This document shows, in pieces, positions 27,811 through 40,978 of a stretch of 64,000 nucleotides of DNA (position 1 is its first letter; each line of letters opens with the position of its first letter). Source of the DNA: the human T2T-CHM13v2.0 reference genome, Homo sapiens; NCBI RefSeq assembly GCF_009914755.1, contig NC_060935.1. One strand, written 5' to 3'. Made by a program: the position numbers and the translations under genes. A model generated the notes under the pieces. It searched no databases and was not told the origin of the DNA. It worked only from the letters and a program-made list of their open reading frames with translations.

Positions 27811-28131
27811 CAGAGAGCCACAGGCCCTTATCAATCCTGACACTCAAAAAATTCTAAAACCAAAAGGTTGGGTTTTTTTTATAACTCATTGGGTGAAAAA
27901 CCTGACATGAAGTAATGTGAAGCTATTTACTGTCTTTATCTTTCCTACTTAGTGTGTACAATCATACATTTTGCTGCAGAGAAATTAATGGCTTTGATTA
28001 TGGAGCACAGCCTCAGACGTATCACATAATATACAGTATATGCACCCTATTTCCTTTCAAAAATCTAAAAACAAACCAAATTCTGAAACACGCCTCACCC
28101 CAAGGGCTTTCAATGATGGACTGTGGACATG
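27811..28131. mobile_element. MER46C-like TcMar-Tigger MITE
   Basis: End ttctgaaacacgcctcaccccaagggctttcaatgatggactgtggacatg resembles the recalled MER46C terminus. Confidence 0.7.
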
Positions 28132-30874
28132 CATTTATTATTTCTACGGCACAGCTGTGAGCACTCCTATTGTTCCCCTCCACCAAAAGATACAGAAAAT
28201 TGGTTTGGCATAGCCAAATGATTTTTTATTTCTCTCTGAAAAAAAAAATCAATATATTATTGGGATCCAAGAAATAAAATTGGCTTTCCTCTTTCATGCA
28301 GTTGATATTACAGAAAACATTTACTTATAACCAACACAGACTCCATCAGCCTGTTCTCAGACAGAAAAATCCAGTTCTGAGGTCAAGGACAGCCAACATC
28401 CACAGTGGCTTAGCCCCAGGAACTCTGAAGGATGGGTTTGGAGATGGAGCTGGGTCTCAGAGCAGAAACCTTAATCCCCTGTCTTACATCCCAAGATAAC
28501 CCTTTCCTTATGATGTTTGCTCACAGGGAAGTTCTGGGCAGACACAGAAGACATGAGCTGAAGCTGAGCAGGAGAGAACATATTGTGAACTTGGAGGCAG
28601 AGGGAGCAAGGGAAATGGAACAGTTACTTCATTGGCTAATTAGGAGATACGCACGTTGTGAATTGCTGATGGCCTTGGGGCATTGAAGTGACAGGTTACA
28701 TTAGCAGCCAGGATGGCTGGGTTGCTTGCTAGTGAAAGTCCCTTTAGAAAAGGAAAGTCACAGGGAGAATATACACCCACATGTTTCTTTGTGTGCTCCT
28801 GGATCAAAAGGATTTGGGGTAAGGAAACCAGGATATAGGCAATCAACCACAGGTCCCGGCTTCCCAGATTGGGCTGCCTGGGCCCTGCCCCTTCTGTCCT
28901 GCATCGCTGTGACACAGCAGGGATAAATAGGTCCTGGGAAACAGGTGTCCTAATCTCTGCTATCTACTTGCTGTGCAACTCTGGGCAAGCTACAGAGCCC
29001 CTCTGAATGTCATCTTCCAGACTTATAAAGCATGACGCAGGGTTTAAGGTCTTCCTAAACATGTTTTCTTTCTTGGGCTGCTTCAGTCACCCATCCTGAC
29101 CTTTGTCTCTCCCTTTCTCTCCGTTTGACCAAAATGACACATGAATTTCCCAGCATGTTAACATTCCGAAGGGACAGAGTGATCCACATACAGCAAGGGA
29201 GTGAAGACACAACTAAGAATTTAGTGAGAAATCCATTTTGGCTCCTATCTTGGACACCAAATATTGAGCACTATCAGGCCCTAGTGTCATTCCCCAAACC
29301 CCCCACAGTGCCTGATAACTCCCCTTTTCGTGCCTCTTCTGCACCCTCCAGGCTCCTAACCTCTTTTCCTTGTAGCTATTTTTCTGTCACGGTTTTCCCT
29401 TCTTTCCACTCTGAAATCCAGCTACAGTCAACTGAGTGCTTACTGTATGCCAGGTAGATTACTGGGTTTAGACCTCAAAACAGCCTTGTGGAATATAAGA
29501 GGAGTCTCAGAGATCCTCCTGTTAAAAAAGAAGAGGCTCCGAGATCAAGAAATTTGCCCAAAACTACATGACTGGCAGCTGGTGGAAGCGATATTCAAAC
29601 TCAGCTCGTTGGGCAAGTTCCTAAGACAGATATCTCTCTGGGTCTCCGTTTCCTCATCTTCACACTAAGTTAATCCTAGCACCTTCACAGGATGCTTTTA
29701 AAGACAAAATGGGACAACAGCAAAGCCATCCTTCAGTCCTCAGTGGCTGTCAGAGTGGCTTCTTATAGCCTAACAAGGGGCAAAAGCACACCTGCTGTTT
29801 CCCACTTCTGAAGTCTTAAACTGATGGGACTGCGTCAGCCCTCTGGTCAGCTCCTTTATTTTAACAATGGCAAATGAGATTGAAATGCAAAAAAGGCAGA
29901 CTGAGGAAACAGGGATTTCAGAAAGCTTGCCCAGAGGAGCAGAGGCGGGCACTCCACGATGCATATGGGCACCACTGAAGAGCCAAGTCTTACTGAAGGG
30001 ACTCGGTGTGTTTCACAATTTGTGTCATACACAAATGTGAGGGTGTGTTCCAATAGGTGGTGCTGCCAGAGGATGCAGTGCGTGCTACAGTCAGCAGGAG
30101 TCTGGACTTTGCCCTGGGGCCATCGGAGACACGGGGGAGTGAGGAGCAGATGGCTGTCTGGCTCTGGCAGTGGGGGGTTGGAGGATGCATCAGAGTAAGA
30201 ACAGGCCTGGAGGAAGAGGGTGACACTGAAGGAGGGAGGGGAGCAGATGAGAGGGGAGAAGAAGCCTTGGCAGGGGCCTCAGGCTTGTTCTCTGAAAGGA
30301 AGAAAGTGAGAATTGAACCCTGGCTCCCCGCAGCTTGGAATGAGGTACAGTGAATTCAACACCTCACCTGCGGAAATGCCCACAGACTCACTAAACCCTA
30401 GTTCTCTCAAAATTTGGCTTACACTCTCTGACATGTTCAGTAAAAGTCATTGTTTGCTACCCTTGAAGGTTCTCTCCAGAGCAAGGGTGAGCTTCTGAAT
30501 GCAATTCAAGCCAACAAGTATTTACAGAGCACCTGGTTCTCCTCAAGCATCCTGTGAGCCCTGTGGGGATGTGAGGAGGGTGGCATGCCTACCCCCGCAT
30601 CCCAGCAGCTCCCAAGGTCAGAAGCACAAGGGGAGAGAACAATATATGAGTTGGAAGTCCCAGCTTCAGGTCCTCCTCCTTCTGTCACTTCTACACTGTA
30701 TAATTTTGAGCAAATCACTTTTTGAACCTCAGTTTCAGAATATATAATAGGGCTGATTATGCCAGCTACCCTTAGGGTTAGTGTGAGAATTTAATGCAAT
30801 CATCACTGTCGCATGACCCATAAAACACCATATAGAGGTATTATTTTGTTTAACACTAATATGTGATAACGAAC

Positions 30875-31390
30875 TACTGAGAGTTGAATCATGTTCCTCC
30901 AAAAGCTATATTGAAATCCTAATTTCTGGTACCTGTGGATACAACCTTATTTAGAAACAAGGTCTTTGTGAATGTAATCAAGATGTAAGTTAAGGTGTAG
31001 TCCTGATGGAATAGGGCAGGCCCTTCATCCAGTCTGACTGATGTCCTTATAGGAAGAGGAGGAGACACAAGCAGGCACACAGAGTGGGGAAACCACCCTG
31101 TGAAGACATGAAGATATAGAGAGAAGATAGCCATGTGAGGGCGGAGGCAGAGACTGGACTTATCAGCTGCAAGCCAAGGAGCACCAAGGAGTGTCACAAT
31201 CACCAGAAGCCAGGAACCAGACAGAGGCATGGAACAGATTCCACCCCTGGAGCCCCCAAGAAGGAGCCAACATTGCCAACACCTGGATTTCAGACTTGTA
31301 GCTTCCAGAACTGTGAGAAAATAAATTTCTGTTGTTTTAAACCATTCCATTTGTGGTACTTTGCAATGGCAGCTGTAGGAAGCTAATATG
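30875..31390 (+). mobile_element. MLT1C-like solo LTR (ERVL-MaLR)
   Basis: Typical MLT1 3' end cttccagaactgtgagaaaataaatttctgttgttttaa...tttgtggtactttg...ctaata. Confidence 0.88.
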
Positions 31391-33479
31391 CCAATCAAGA
31401 CAGGGAGAAGGTGCCCAAACAGATGAGCCAAGTGTTGCAACACAGAGAAAAAAACAACTAATTCCTCCCTGAATTCCTACATCTCCTGCCATCTCTTCAC
31501 ATCAGCTATTTTCCTTCCAGTCCCTTGCTGTCAGCAAGACGCCTCTGGAAATGATCTGTATAGGTACCAACCATCGTTATCTAAAATTGACACATCAGGT
31601 GATAGTTGAGTGCCTACTGTATTCCAGGGCCAGGCATTGAGGATCCAGGGGTGAATCACACAGACTCCATTCCTAACTGCACAGAGTTCACAGTCTAGAT
31701 GGAGGATACTTTGGACAAGAACTTGCCACCAGGAACACATTCCTGAAGAGGACCGGGCATACAGGGTGCTCTGAGGAAATGCAGCAAGAGGATAAAACAT
31801 GACCCACTCAATCGGTCACCAGCTCCGTGTTGTTGTTGACAAATTCGCCTAAGTTCCAAAAGGCCACAGGCATCGGATTACTCAGCCCAGGGGCTTTCTA
31901 TGGCTCCCAGAAGGTATAGCATCAGGTCCTACCTCTTGGATTTTACTCAGAATTCCCCTCAATCCTCTCTGGACATTTACTGCCCACTCCTCTTTTAGAA
32001 ACACTTTCATACTCACTCCAATAACTGGATAACACAGGTCTTGGGGGGATTTTGAGTTTGAATCCTGGCTCTGCTTTATGGCCTTTAATATCCGTGAATA
32101 TTTATCAGAGGCCTGTTCTGGAACTCTGTACTCAGGATACAGAGATAAGTAAGACATATTTGTCCCTGTTCTTGAGCAGCCAAAGAGCTAGTTGGAGCTC
32201 CTTGGCCTCAGTTTACTCATCTGTAAAATGGAGGCAATAATATTAGTCTTAGTTTATAGTTGGTAGGCATACCAAGTGTCTAGCTCTCAGCAGGTGTGCA
32301 ACAAACATCAAGTCCTCATGCATTTATTTTCCTGGATGCACCTTTGCTCAGACCTTCCCCCTGCCTATGTCCTTCCCATCCATCTCTAGTACTTCATGGC
32401 CAACACATTTTTAAGACTCAGATGAAAGCTTGATCCTTCTGTAAGCTTTTCTTGACCAGCCTAATGGCTTCTTAGAATTCCAACCACTCCAACTGTATGA
32501 GTCTTAATATTCTCCCCCACTGTATGGTCCAATTAGGCATTTTTTAAATTTGTGTCTTACCCCATCCTAGCTTCTTATCTCTCATGGTTCTTTGTATCAT
32601 GCTTTATATCTAGTTCTTGTTCAAGGAGTAGCTATAGATTGGTTTGCTAATTACTTTATTATTGCAAGTCCCAGAAAGTAGGAGGTAAAAATATCACACA
32701 AAATTGGGCCATTCAGGGTTCAGTCCCTCCTAAAAGTTGAGACAACAGGACCATTCTTAATAGAAGCCCTGTGATCCCCAGACCTAAATGGTCACTTCTG
32801 CCTTCCTGGCTCCCAAAGCAGCCCAACTGTTCATACCTTTGCAGGGACCCCTTCCACCCCAGGGCAAGGAAATGGCTGCCAAATTGCAGCCATAATTGGG
32901 AGGCCGGCAAAGGAATGGCTAGAGGCATAATAGCGCTCCAGCGGCCAAGCCAAAGCGTCCACTTCCCTTTCTTTTGTATGACGCATGCATGGTTCTCCCC
33001 TCTAACCTTCAGGCATGGTGGCCACTGGGTCTCCCAAGACCGCTCTCCTCTCTGGTTCACACTCCATAGGACCATTTAGTCTCTCAGGGGCAGAGAAAAT
33101 AGAGTGGCTTGAATAGCTTTATGAGTCACAACCAAAGCCAAGAAAGACAGAATCAAATGAAAATACTGTCTGAGTCGGTTTGCCAAGGCAAAGGTTGAGG
33201 GAGCCTGGGCTGCTGTCATTGATACAAGGGACTCTGCCTTTCATTTCCTCTTTGAGTTTCTCCTGAGCACTGTGTCAAGGGGGCTTCAGAACCCAGTCAA
33301 GGACGCAGGTGCAGGGACTCTATAGGTCAGATGGCAGACCTCTGGGCCTCAGAAGAGGAAGTCACAGAATTTGGCTTGACGTGTTAGGGCAGAACACTCA
33401 AAGGGATGAGATTCAAGGAAAAGCAGGAGCTAAGAAGGAAAAGGCCATTCCAGCTAGTCATGGCTGAGGACAGAAAATT

Positions 33480-33725
33480 CATGGTAGCCCACTATGTACC
33501 AGGCAGTGTTCTCATTGATTTTTATACATCATTTTATTTCATCCTCAACATAGCCCCATAGTTATAGGTATTACTGTTATTAACATCCCCATTTTGTAAG
33601 TAAAGAAACTGAAGCCCAGGGGACTGAGTAACTGGAACAAAGCTGGAAAACCAGTAAGCCACAGAGTCAGGATTCTAACCCAGTTCTGAGTGACTCAAAG
33701 CCTGCCCCCTCCAACTATGTGCTAC
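33480..33725 (-). mobile_element. MIR
   Basis: actatgtaccaggc...atccccattttgtaagtaaagaaactgaagcccag. Confidence 0.85.
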
Positions 33726-35999
33726 ATGGCTACCCAGGAACCCCAAAGATGTGTCACTCCTGCTTCTTCTCCGGATACCATTTCCTGAGTTAACTGGCTA
33801 TCTCCAAATTTTTGGCATCTGAATAATTCCTTTACAGGCCAGAGGTAACTGCCACTCATGGTCAAAAAGGAAGGATACCCCAGCAACCAGATACAGAATA
33901 AGAGTAAGTAGAGAATGCAAAGGGTTAGGAGGCTTTGTGAGCCAGGAAGGCAAAAGCCAGGAAGGGCACTCAGGTCTGGGGGATCACAGTACTTCTATTG
34001 GCAATGTTTCTCTTATCTCAGAATTTTTAGGGAGGGCTGGCTGCTGAGTGGCCCAAAACTTAGGGCAGTTTGTATGATTTTTCCCCCTCCTTTCTTCTGG
34101 GGCTTGTGAGCAATCAGCAAACCAGTCCACAGATACTGTCAAATAGAGGTTGCATGGTAGAAAGTTAGAAGGAAAACAGTCTGGAAATGCCAGCTCTGTC
34201 ACCATGCAAGGCCCATTTATATGAGTTTTCTCATTAAATTTGTGTGACATCCTTGCACAAAAGACTATCATTCCCAGCGAGGAAAAATTAAGGTTCAGAA
34301 AGATTATTTTTTAAATGAATGAATTTACATATGTGTGCTTGTTTGTATTTATCCCAATTTGTGCAAGACAAATTATAAGGAATCCAGTGCAGACAGAAGG
34401 TAGAAAATGCAGCATCGGCCCAAGTTTGCTACACATTCTGTGCTTTACTTTTTTTTTCCTATGCTTTGCAACTCCCCACCTCATGTGTCCTTTAATCTAG
34501 GACAACCCCCAGCACCATGAGTTCAAAATAGAATCCAATAAGAAGAGGCTCAATTTACCTGTGAATCTTCAGGAGCAGCAGACAAGTAGGGGTGGGCGCA
34601 TCTCACCTGGCTCAGTGGTCAGGTGCTTTTAACAGTCAGCAATGTTCATCCAGCCTTACCTCTCAGGGTCCTGAGAGAGAGCTGGGCTGTGGGCCACTGC
34701 AACTTACAAACTGCATGACCCTGGGCAGACCATCTAACCTCTCTATGCTTTGGTTTTCTCATCTATTCACATTATGGAAATACTAACAGTGGTAGCTCCT
34801 CTTCACTGAGTGCGGACAGGAATACAAACCACTTGTAATCAGAAACTGCTGCACAAACAAGTGGCTTAGTTTTAGTCCTACCTGGGTTAGGCTACTAAAT
34901 AGTATGGACCCAATAGAACTTAACATGATCAGGGATGATCACAGAATATATTCAACTGTATTCAATAAATATATTTTGAGTACCTGGCCCTGTGATAGAA
35001 GATAGTCAGATGCTTTAAAAAAAAAAAAAAAAAAAAAAAGAGTGCCACAGTGTGTTAGGTTCTAGAACTGAGGAGATGGAAGACAGATAAGGTATGCTGG
35101 GGGCCCAAGTAGAGGCTGGTAGAGTGGACCTAGGGCAGATGGGAAAGCACTGCCTGCCCTCGAGGGGACACTGGAACTGAGGCTTGAAGAATAGGTAGGA
35201 ATTGGCTAAGTGGACACAGTGAATGCATTCCAAGCAGAAGGAACAGCACAGCCGAGGCACAGAGGCCTGAGCAGGATGGTGTGCAGAGGGAAGTGTGCTA
35301 GGCCTGGCTGCCATGCTTCATTACAAAAGAACAGGATTTATTCAGCAGGGAGATGTCACTGTAACTACCCTGTATCATGACTTTCCATAGGCAGAAACAT
35401 AAAGACAGCCCCAGATCTCACCCACCCAAATGATTCCCAGCATTTTTTGTGCCATTTCTCACTCTGATTAGCGAGCAATTTCCTGAAGGCAAGCCAGTCC
35501 ACCAGGCACAGAATATGAGTTCCAACTCTTTCAATGAGCAGAAATCTACTGGTTCCATATTCTTCTCTGGGGAAGGAGAATCAGCTGAAATGAGTAGTTG
35601 TTTCCCATATTTACATGGGTATTTTCTTCTTATTTGAAATGCTTATGGACAAGGACTAATCTGTTAGGAAGGCAGAGAAAGATTGTGGTCCCTGCTACCA
35701 TAGCCAAGGAAGAAGAACTGGGGAGTGGGAGAGCAATAAGTTTTTATCAGAAAAATTTAAAACTGATTGTTTGGAATTTGAGAGGAGACCCTAAAATTAG
35801 AGAGGAACTTGGAGGCGATCTTGTCCAAGATGCTACTCAAAGCAAGGCTCCCTTATAATACAGCCTGGCTAATTAACAGGCATCGAGTCTTGCTTGAATA
35901 CATTTGTTTATTAATTTGATAACTTGATGGATCTTAGTTCTGGTGGAAACACATACATTCACATCAAAAAAAAAGAGAGAAACAGAAACATGTGGAATC

Positions 36000-36225
36000 T
36001 TGGAAACAGACGTAGAGTCAAATTTGGCTCCTCTACTTACACAGATTGAATTACTATGACCTTAGGCAAGATATTCAAACCCTCTGAGTTCCTTCTCTGT
36101 AAAGAATGGGTTATAAAACCTTCCTTGTCGGTGTTGTTGTGCGGATTAAGTGGAATCATGTATATAAAGTGCCCAGCAGAGTTGGCTGGCACACAACCAA
36201 CACTCAATAAATGGTAATTATTATT
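36000..36225 (+). mobile_element. MIR
   Basis: tgaccttaggcaag...ttgttgtgcggattaagtg...cactcaataaatggtaattattatt. Confidence 0.8.
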
Positions 36226-36373
36226 ATCTCTTTAGCCCAAACTCCCACCCAAGGCAGAAATCCTTCTTTAAACAACCCTGACAAACCAGAGAGCTATCAA
36301 GTCTCTGCTAGAATAAATATTTGTTGATTGATTTGGTAATCAGTTGATTCTAAATACCTGGGAGACACATAAA

Positions 36374-36415
<42 letters not shown>
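36374..36415 (+). repeat. (CA)n microsatellite
   Basis: Directly visible. Confidence 0.95.
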
Positions 36416-36418
<3 letters not shown>

Positions 36419-38300
36419 CCAGGATTATTTCTCCAAGTCTTGTGTGAGGGAGATGCTTTATCAACAAGACCATATCCCCATATCCATCCTGTTGGGTGAT
36501 ATTCAATGGTTAAATTTGCAGCCTGGAGCCAGAATCCAGTCACTGCAACTTTCTGCTCCATGGTCCGCTTCCTTAACCATTTTTTTTTTTTTTAACCACA
36601 CAGACTCCTTTGAAGACCTTCCCAGACAATGCACATACCTGGAACAAATTGCCTACAACTTCAGGAGTGTCACAGACTTTGTGAAGGGCTTTGTGCCTTC
36701 GGGGCTAAACTCCTCTATGCTGGCACATCCCCAAACAAGGCTCTGAAATTGCAAACACTGCTCCTTTCTCCTGACAGGCATCTCTCTTGCCCTCTCCTCC
36801 CTGTGCTCTTCCTGGAACTTCAGAAGAGGGATGCAGTGCTGGACTTAAGCTCTGCAATCAGTGCAAATTCCAGTTTCCCCATCTAATGCATCTTTAAGCC
36901 TCAGTTTCCTTGCTTACAAAATGGCAATTGTAATAGTGCCTGTGTCACAGAGCTGCTGTGAGGGCTGAGGGGACAGTGCGTGTTGATGCATAGCACAGTG
37001 CCTGCACAGAGGAAACACACAATTGAAGTTTGCAATTGTCACTTCTCTTCTTATGTTATCTGTTCCCTTGCTCTCCTCCTCCCACAGACATTGCAGTTTG
37101 CCATCGTTCCACTTTAAAAGAAGCTCCAGAAGGTACACTCAGCTCCAGAGAACTGGAGATAGCCCTGCATGCCATGACCTAGGTGTCAGGCAGGGGGCAC
37201 TCTGCCCAAGTCAGACTTGGGACAGCAGGTGGCATATGCCAGACTTGGCCCTGAGAAGCTCTGATTGGGATTTATAAGGCCTATGATTACTAAAAAACAG
37301 AAAAATTCAAACTACCGAGTGAAAAATCAGTGGTACAGTAGATTCAAAAGCTTAATAAACAAAGGATCTTGGGGACAGGAAATAATACAAGGGATCCATG
37401 GAGGTATAACATTTGAGAATTCTGGTGTCCTTCACCTTTTTGTTTTCCTGCCTCCTTCCCTCCCTCTCTTCCTTTAAAGAACAAGCATGTATTGAGCAGT
37501 TATGTATGCAAGCCTTGTGCTAGGCACTGGAAATGAGAGATGAATAACCATGATTCCTGCCCTCTCGGAGCTCACAGACTAATGGAAGAGCCGATTTACA
37601 GAAAGAACACAGTGCAACAAGTTCCCCAACAGGGTAAGCACACGTGCTGAGGCTGTCTAACCCCGGAGCCTCAGACTCTTTGAGATGCAAAGGAATAAAC
37701 AATAATTCCCAGAAAAGGTGACACTCAAATGGAGACCTGTCAATCATTTTTATTAGGCATTTTTGCTGGTTACAAAAGTAATAAATACTTTTTGCAGGAG
37801 ATTTGGAAAGCACAAGGGTGTCAGAAAAAGAAAACGTCAATCATTATTTTACCATTAGAGGCAACCACTAATACATTCTGAAGCATTTCTCTTTCCATCT
37901 ATGTACTTAACATCAATGAGTTCATCATGTCTATACATTTGATAGGCTCCCCAGTTTACTTAACATTGAAACATAAGCACTTTTCCATCAAGCTCAGTCC
38001 AAATGAGTGACCCCTGGATCTTTGATCTGGGGGACCAAGTCCAGGAGCCTGGAAGCCAGGGCTGGCCCAGAGGAGATATGACAAGCTGGGTTTTGGTGAG
38101 CAGGTTGAGTTGGCAGTGCTGTGGAGCATTCCACCCGGGGAGGAACACTGAAGATGCTGGAGAGCTGGGTGTGGCACTCAGGAGACAATTCAGGCCTAGA
38201 GGGTCCTCAGGTGGTGGTTGACGCCATGGGGATGGATGAGATCCCTCAGGGAGGGTGTGCAGGGTGAGAAGAGAGATGACTAGGGTAAGGTCCCTGCCCT

Positions 38301-38322
38301 CTAGAAGCTCACAGTCTAGTTG
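38301..38322 (-). ncRNA. MIR708: mature miR-708-3p
   Basis: ctagaagctcacagtctagttg is the reverse complement of CAACUAGACUGUGAGCUUCUAG. Confidence 0.94.
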
Positions 38323-38345
38323 TGTTCATGTGCAAGTCATTTACC

Positions 38346-38368
38346 CCCAGCTAGATTGTAAGCTCCTT
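38346..38368 (-). ncRNA. MIR708: mature miR-708-5p
   Basis: cccagctagattgtaagctcctt is the reverse complement of AAGGAGCUUACAAUCUAGCUGGG. Confidence 0.96.
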
Positions 38369-40659
38369 GAGGGCAGTTACCATTTCACACACAGCAGTCC
38401 CTCGCCAACCATGGGGGTTAGGTTTCTGAAAACCCCTGGGGCAGGAGAAGTCAGGCTTCAGGAATTTAGGACCTTATTGGGGAAAAAATAGGGTTAGGGG
38501 AATGAAGTCACCAGTGAACTTGTAAAATTATTATATTTTTACATAATGAGAAATGACAATGACAACATATTCAAAACACTGAATATCAGTGACACAAATT
38601 ATCAACATATTCTTCAATTAACAACATTTTACAACTTATTTTCATGTACCATCTATCCCTTTAGTAGAGCTTGCCCCTTCACAGCTACAACAATATGCTT
38701 GTAAATTCACTTTTGCATTGCTGGAAAAAATACACTTGCTAAGAGTCCTTTTCTTATGTGTGGTTTCCCATCCAATTATTCAATGCATTTTGGTTTTTAT
38801 AACTCCAGGCTACTGACACCTGTCTCTTGGTCCCACCCACAAGTGCAAGCACACACCTACATCCTAACAGGTAGGAGTGTGTTTCTGAGGTCTGATCCAC
38901 CCCCTCCCACTCTCCTCTCTTCCCCAATTTTACTACAAACACCTCTCCTCTGCAGCCATTTCACCTACTTCCCTCTTCCCCAACCTCTGGGCAGATTTCA
39001 TCAGTTCCCCCATAGGAATGAGCAAAGACTCCTGACCTTGGGATTCTCCAAGGCTTCTGACAAAGTATGCAAACATGAAGTTGTCAATATTAGAATTTGG
39101 TGTCTTTCTTTGGTAGACACTAGCATATCATTCACTCACTAGCTCATAGTAGGTACTCAATAAATTCTTGTTGAACTGAGCAATTTCCAAAGTAAAGGAT
39201 GTGGACTTTTTTTTCTCTTTCCCCATTCACTGCTCCAAATGAATATTAAACCTTCACACAACATAAATATTGAAATATTTGTAGGCACATTTTATTTTCC
39301 CTTCTGGCAGGTCATGATGACAAGAGGCAGCTAATAGATGCAATCTATCTGCATTCACGAAGGCAGTTTTGAGTTCCACATGACATGCTGTCAATAGAGT
39401 CAAAAGATATGGCCCTTTAGTGAAGGAATTCTCCATATTTTCCAGCTCAGACCACTTGGATAAAGGAAAACACCTACTAACCAACGATTCTCCCATGCAC
39501 ATTTATGACAAAAAGGTTGTCGCCATGACTAAATGGGAGGACTAGCACTGTTTTTCATGAGATATCAACAAAACCATGTCTTTTAAATGAAACAATAATC
39601 AGTTACATTTATACAGCACTTTACATTTTACAAATGCTTTCAGGTACATTTTTATCTCACTTTTTCTTCACAGCAACTCTGCGAGGTAGTCAGAGAAGGC
39701 ACTGATAGTTCCATTTTGCAGATGAAGAAACTGAGGCTTACTCTAAGGAAGGGACCAAAAGGGGCAACTCACTAGTCAAATTTGATACCCTTTCCATCTC
39801 CCATCACTGTTCTGTTGCCAGTTGGGTTACAATGAAAAACACAAAACTAAATTGCAATGCTGTTCCACTGTCATGTAATTGCCAGTGCCCAAGAGGTAGC
39901 CCACCCCTTGACACTCACATTCTCCCATTCCTCCCACCCCCAGTTGTCTTCCCTCAACCACTATCCACTCCACAAGTCAGTACCCAGACTGGCACATGAA
40001 GAATCTGAGTCAGTACCAGAAATGGCATTCAGCACTTCATGCATAGAAGCAAAGCTATGAGGCCAAAAAATCCGGGGGGTTGAGGGGGGTGGTGGGGGTG
40101 GTTCACCAGTCTTATCTCATTTAATCCTCTGCAAAATACTCACAATGATCACCCTTTCAAAGATGCAGAAACTGAGGCTCATCATGTGTATTAGCTTGGC
40201 CATGGTCACATGCCCAGAGAATGACAGTCAGCATTTGAACCCAGCTTCAGTTCCTGGACAGCAGGGCAGTCCCAAGAAAGCACTTCACTGGCTCAGAGCC
40301 ACATGTGTTCCATTTCAGCCTCCCAGCTCAGAAGGACCTTGACCCTCCGCTGAAGCTGCTGCCCTCATGGCAAAGCTTCTTACAAAGGGTCCTCATCTGG
40401 ACTAAAGCTGGATCACCTGACATAATAATTAAGCCCCAAACAGCCCCAAATCCTTTGTGGAAAAGAAAATCTGCTTTTTAAATGAATTCACACAGACATT
40501 TTGGTTTCAATTGCAAAGAACCTAAAATTTCCAAACAAGGAAGTGGGGATTCAGTCCACTTATTCATTTCACAGGATCTTTAACCAAATGGCAAAGGGGA
40601 AAAAGCTCAATGAGCACAACTAAGAAAACATAAGGGTTAAATTTTATGTGTGGCTGCAG

Positions 40660-40905
40660 AGAAATTTAAAAGCCAAGTTGCAGAGAGAGAAAGTAGACTA
40701 GAGGCTGCCAGGGGATTGGGGAAGGGGAAATGGGGAGTGACTGCTGAATAGGTACAGTTTCCTTTTGCTGTGATGCAATGTCTTGGACCTACATAGAGGC
40801 GATGGTTGCACAACACTGTGAATGTTTTAAACACCACTAAATTGTACACTTTAGAATGACTAGTGGTTAACTTTATGTTCTGTGAATTTTACCTCATTTT
40901 TTTTA
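40660..40905 (+). mobile_element. L1MB-type 3' end
   Basis: gaaagtagactagaggctgccagggg...gatggttgcacaacactgtgaatg...tgtgaattttacctca. Confidence 0.85.
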
Positions 40906-40978
40906 GAAAAAGAAAATAAAAAGAATGTTGCGTGTGCTGAGCAAGGAGTCTGACAGATAAAAGATGCCTCAGGAAGTG

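Larger units (their letters stand above)
38040..38378. mobile_element. Opposed L2 3' fragments whose junction forms MIR708
   Basis: ccctgccctctagaagctcacagtctag (L2 minus) faces ctagattgtaagctccttgagggcag (L2 plus). Confidence 0.8.
38291..38378 (-). ncRNA. MIR708: pre-miR-708 hairpin (miR-28/151 family, L2-derived)
   Basis: The reverse complement reads AACUGCCCUCAAGGAGCUUACAAUCUAGCUGGGGGUAAAUGACUUGCACAUGAACACAACUAGACUGUGAGCUUCUAGAGGGCAGGGA, which matches hsa-mir-708 as recalled. The arms are visibly complementary. Confidence 0.98.

Noticed and set aside
30919-31443. 174-aa ORF
   Set aside because: Antisense reading of an MLT1 LTR.
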